DNA of 64,000 nucleotides. Origin: an uncultured delta proteobacterium (GTDB lineage Bacteria; Desulfobacterota; RBG-13-43-22). Position numbers and translations under genes: made by a program. Under the pieces are notes generated by a model, which was given only the letters and a program-made list of their open reading frames with translations, did no database searches and was not told the origin of the DNA. Shown piece after piece: positions 61,728 to 64,000 of the stretch (within the stretch, counting starts at the first letter, position 1; each line of letters begins with the position of its first letter). The DNA is taken from contig CAVUPH010000014.1 in NCBI GenBank assembly GCA_963743305.1, forward strand, positions 224,001-288,000, read 5' to 3'.

Positions 61728-62985
61728 TTATCCCGCCGATTTTCTAAGCCGGTTGATCCTTTCCACTAGAGGGGGATGGGAATAATGAAACCGGACATAG
61801 AAGGGATGGGGGTTCAGGTTGGTCAGGTTGTCGGCCGCCATCCGTTTAAAGGCTTCGATCAACGGTTCGGGCCGTTCCCATCTTGGCCAGGGCATAATCG
61901 TCGGCCTGGCGTTCATAGCGTCGGGAGAGGGCCAGGGGAAAAGGGGCCAGGAAGAAAGCCGCTTTTTGTCCGATGAGGCCCAGTAAAAAAAGACCGACAT
62001 AGGCTTTGGGTTCGCCGAAGCCGAAGGAAGAATAGAGTCCGGACCAACCCAGGAATCGAGCGGCCAGATAAAGCCCGGCCAGAGTAGAGGCGGCAAACAG
62101 CAGAAACTGTTTAAGGATGTGCTTTTTTTTGTAGTGCCCCAATTCGTGGGCCAGGATGCCTATGATTTCTTCCTGGGGATGGGCCTGGATCAGGGTATCG
62201 AACAGAACCACCCGTTTGGTTTTCCCCAATCCGGTAAAATAGGCATTGGTATGGCCGCTGCGTTTTCCGGCGTCCATCTGAAAAATCCCTTTCAGACCGA
62301 CCCCGGCCGTTTTCATCAGTTCGGTGATCTTTTCCTTCAAATCTTCCGCTTGAATGGCCTCAAACTTATTGAAGAGGGGAGCGATGAGTACCGGGTAGAG
62401 TACGGCCAGCACCAATTGAAATGACGAGAGGAACAGAAAGCCCCAGACCCACCAAAATTGAGGGGCGGCCTGGATGAGCCAGAGGACCAGGGAAAAGACC
62501 AGAGTAAAGAGAAGCAACGAAAGCAGGCCCGCCTTCAGGTGATCTAAAATCCAAATTTTGAGGGTGGCCCGGTTGAAACCGTATTTTTCTTCCAGCACAA
62601 AGGCTTGATAATAATCAAAAGGCAAATCCAGTAAGGCATTCAAAAGCCCGGGGATCATAAAAAACAACAGGCCCGTGAGAACCGAATTCCAAGACAGGCG
62701 GGTCAGCAGGTTATCCAAGAAGGGGAAGAAGCCCCAGAGAATCAGACCCAGGAAATAGAGTTCGGAAAAGACCAGGTGAATCGACTCGAATCGGCTCCGC
62801 TCCCCCGAATAGGCAATGGTCTGTTTCACTTTTTGTCCATCCATGAACCCTTCAAATCCCTCCGGTACCCGGCCGCCATGTTTTTGCTGATGATCCCGGT
62901 TCATTCGCTCCATCCCCAGAGCGAAGATCAACTGAAGCAGATAGAGCCCCACAAAACCACCAAACAAAAAATTCCATTGAGGCAA
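61728..62985 (-). CDS. M48 (Ste24-type) metallopeptidase, one +1 frameshift near 61870
   Basis: NAYFTG, AHELGH, ERQAD; C-term YSHPPLVERI in the adjacent frame; repair gives 419 codons. Confidence 0.9.
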
Positions 62986-63007
62986 AAAGAACTCCTTAGT
63001 TTATTGC

Positions 63008-63097
63008 CGTCTTGCCGGACTTGATCCGGCATCAAGGTCCTTTGAGGCTTAGCTGAGGCCTGGATTCCGGATCGCGCTTCGCTTGTCCGGAATGACG
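63008..63097. repeat. REP-like palindromic element
   Basis: CGTCTTGCCGGACTTGATCCGGCATC...GATTCCGGATC...TCCGGAATGACG; nested dyads closed by CGTC/GACG. Confidence 0.65.
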
Positions 63098-63293
63098 AAC
63101 TGACTCGACCCGTTTAAAGCCTATTTACCTGCTTCGGGGTGCCCACCCCGGGACTGCGGTTTTAGTATGGAAAAGTTTAACTTTGAATTCAAGCGGAAAA
63201 CGATGCGCCGCGCTTTCTGACTTGGATTATTTCCAAGCATCGTCCTTTCCTGTTTTAAATTAAGAAAGCTTTCGGTTAAACTGGGAGAAGGCC

Positions 63294-64000
63294 ATGCATT
63301 TTTTAAAATCCTTCAGCGCCTTCCTCAAGGCAGGTTTTATCTGCACGATTATAACCCTCACTGTTTCAGGGGTCTCCTCGGGGGCCGCGCCGACTTTAGC
63401 GGTGGTGGTGGAAGGACTGGAAGGAGAGTCCCAAAAAAACGTGGAACGGGCTCTCTCCCTACCGGAAGGAATCTTGGATAAAGATCGGGTCGATGAACTG
63501 TGGCTGGCCCTTTTCCAAAAGGATGTACCCCTGAAGGTCCGGGAAGCCTTGAAGCCTTTCGGCTACTATCATCCCCGTGTGGAAACCGTCAGCGAGAGGT
63601 CCTCCGATAAGCTTGTCCTGCGGGTCCACGTTGAACCCGGACCTCCGGTTCGGGTTCAAGCCCTAAGAATAGAGCTTCAAGGACCCGGGTCCGAGATGGA
63701 CAAACTCCGGGAGCCTATCTCCCTATTTCCGTTGAAAGAGGGGGATGTGCTCCGGCAGGACCTGTATGAGGAGGGAAAAACCGCCCTTCAGGACGCGGCC
63801 CGTGAATCCGGCTACCTGGACGCCTACTTTTCCACCCACAGCATTCATCTATCTTTAAAGGAAAATTCGGCCCAAATAAACCTGAACCTGGACACCGGCC
63901 CCCGATATTACTTCGGAGAGGTTGTCTTTGTCCCGCCCTTGACCTTTCCGGAATCCTTTCTGCGGCGGTACCTGGCTTTCCGCCCCGGCCGGCCTTATTC
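63294..64000 (+). CDS. tamA: TamA-like outer-membrane assembly protein (partial, POTRA domains; runs off the window end)
   Basis: Translated by hand: signal peptide, VVVEGLEGE..KNV, ALKPFGYY, PGPPVRV, YEEGK..L.....ESGYLDA, LDTGPRYYFG. Confidence 0.8.
   Translation, partial: MHFLKSFSAFLKAGFICTIITLTVSGVSSGAAPTLAVVVEGLEGESQKNVERALSLPEGILDKDRVDELWLALFQKDVPLKVREALKPFGYYHPRVETVSERSSDKLVLRVHVEPGPPVRVQALRIELQGPGSEMDKLREPISLFPLKEGDVLRQDLYEEGKTALQDAARESGYLDAYFSTHSIHLSLKENSAQINLNLDTGPRYYFGEVVFVPPLTFPESFLRRYLAFRPGRPY

Noticed and set aside
1-64000. CRISPR array, tRNA/rRNA genes, transposase or integrase
   Set aside because: No regularly spaced DNA repeats, cloverleafs or recombinase motifs were seen by eye; adhesin repeats are protein-level and diverged in DNA.
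63294-64000. TamA as dedicated exporter of the giant adhesin
   Set aside because: It is separated from the adhesin by four unrelated genes, and the adhesin has no beta-barrel or TPS domain.

Overview
Bacterial chromosomal window, most likely from a Desulfobacterota (deltaproteobacterial) genome, judged from the DVU0524-type gene beside flgM, the csrA-fliW pair, a DUF6178-like gene and sigma54-driven flagellar operons. 1-25.2 kb is a flagellar cluster (flgE; fliLMNOPQR-flhBAFG-fliA-cheY; flgFGAHIJNKL-csrA-fliW; convergent flgM) with sigma54 and sigma28 promoter candidates. 25.4-33.4 kb holds minus-strand housekeeping genes, including a cysteine synthase-cysteinyl-tRNA synthetase fusion, glmS and a C-terminally shortened glmU. 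33.5-42.6 kb is accessory. It contains a GT-C-like membrane protein, a promoter-proximal structured RNA candidate, and an operon of PqqD(RRE)-TPR, NTP_transf_5 nucleotidyltransferase, HprK-like kinase and S24/S26 peptidase. That operon converges on a 153-aa Cys-rich protein with a lasso-like leader and is followed by DUF3467, a UbiA-family phosphoribosyltransferase and DUF362. It is the best candidate for an undescribed system. 42.9-58.5 kb is one giant (about 5,200 aa when repaired) DUF11/isopeptide-repeat surface protein ending in SdrD-B plus an IYLPIIVN tail. 58.6-64 kb holds RidA, cardiolipin synthase, a THUMP methyltransferase, an M48 peptidase and a partial TamA. Four genes carry single-base frameshifts that look like long-read indel errors. 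All calls come from motif recognition by eye; no searches were run.
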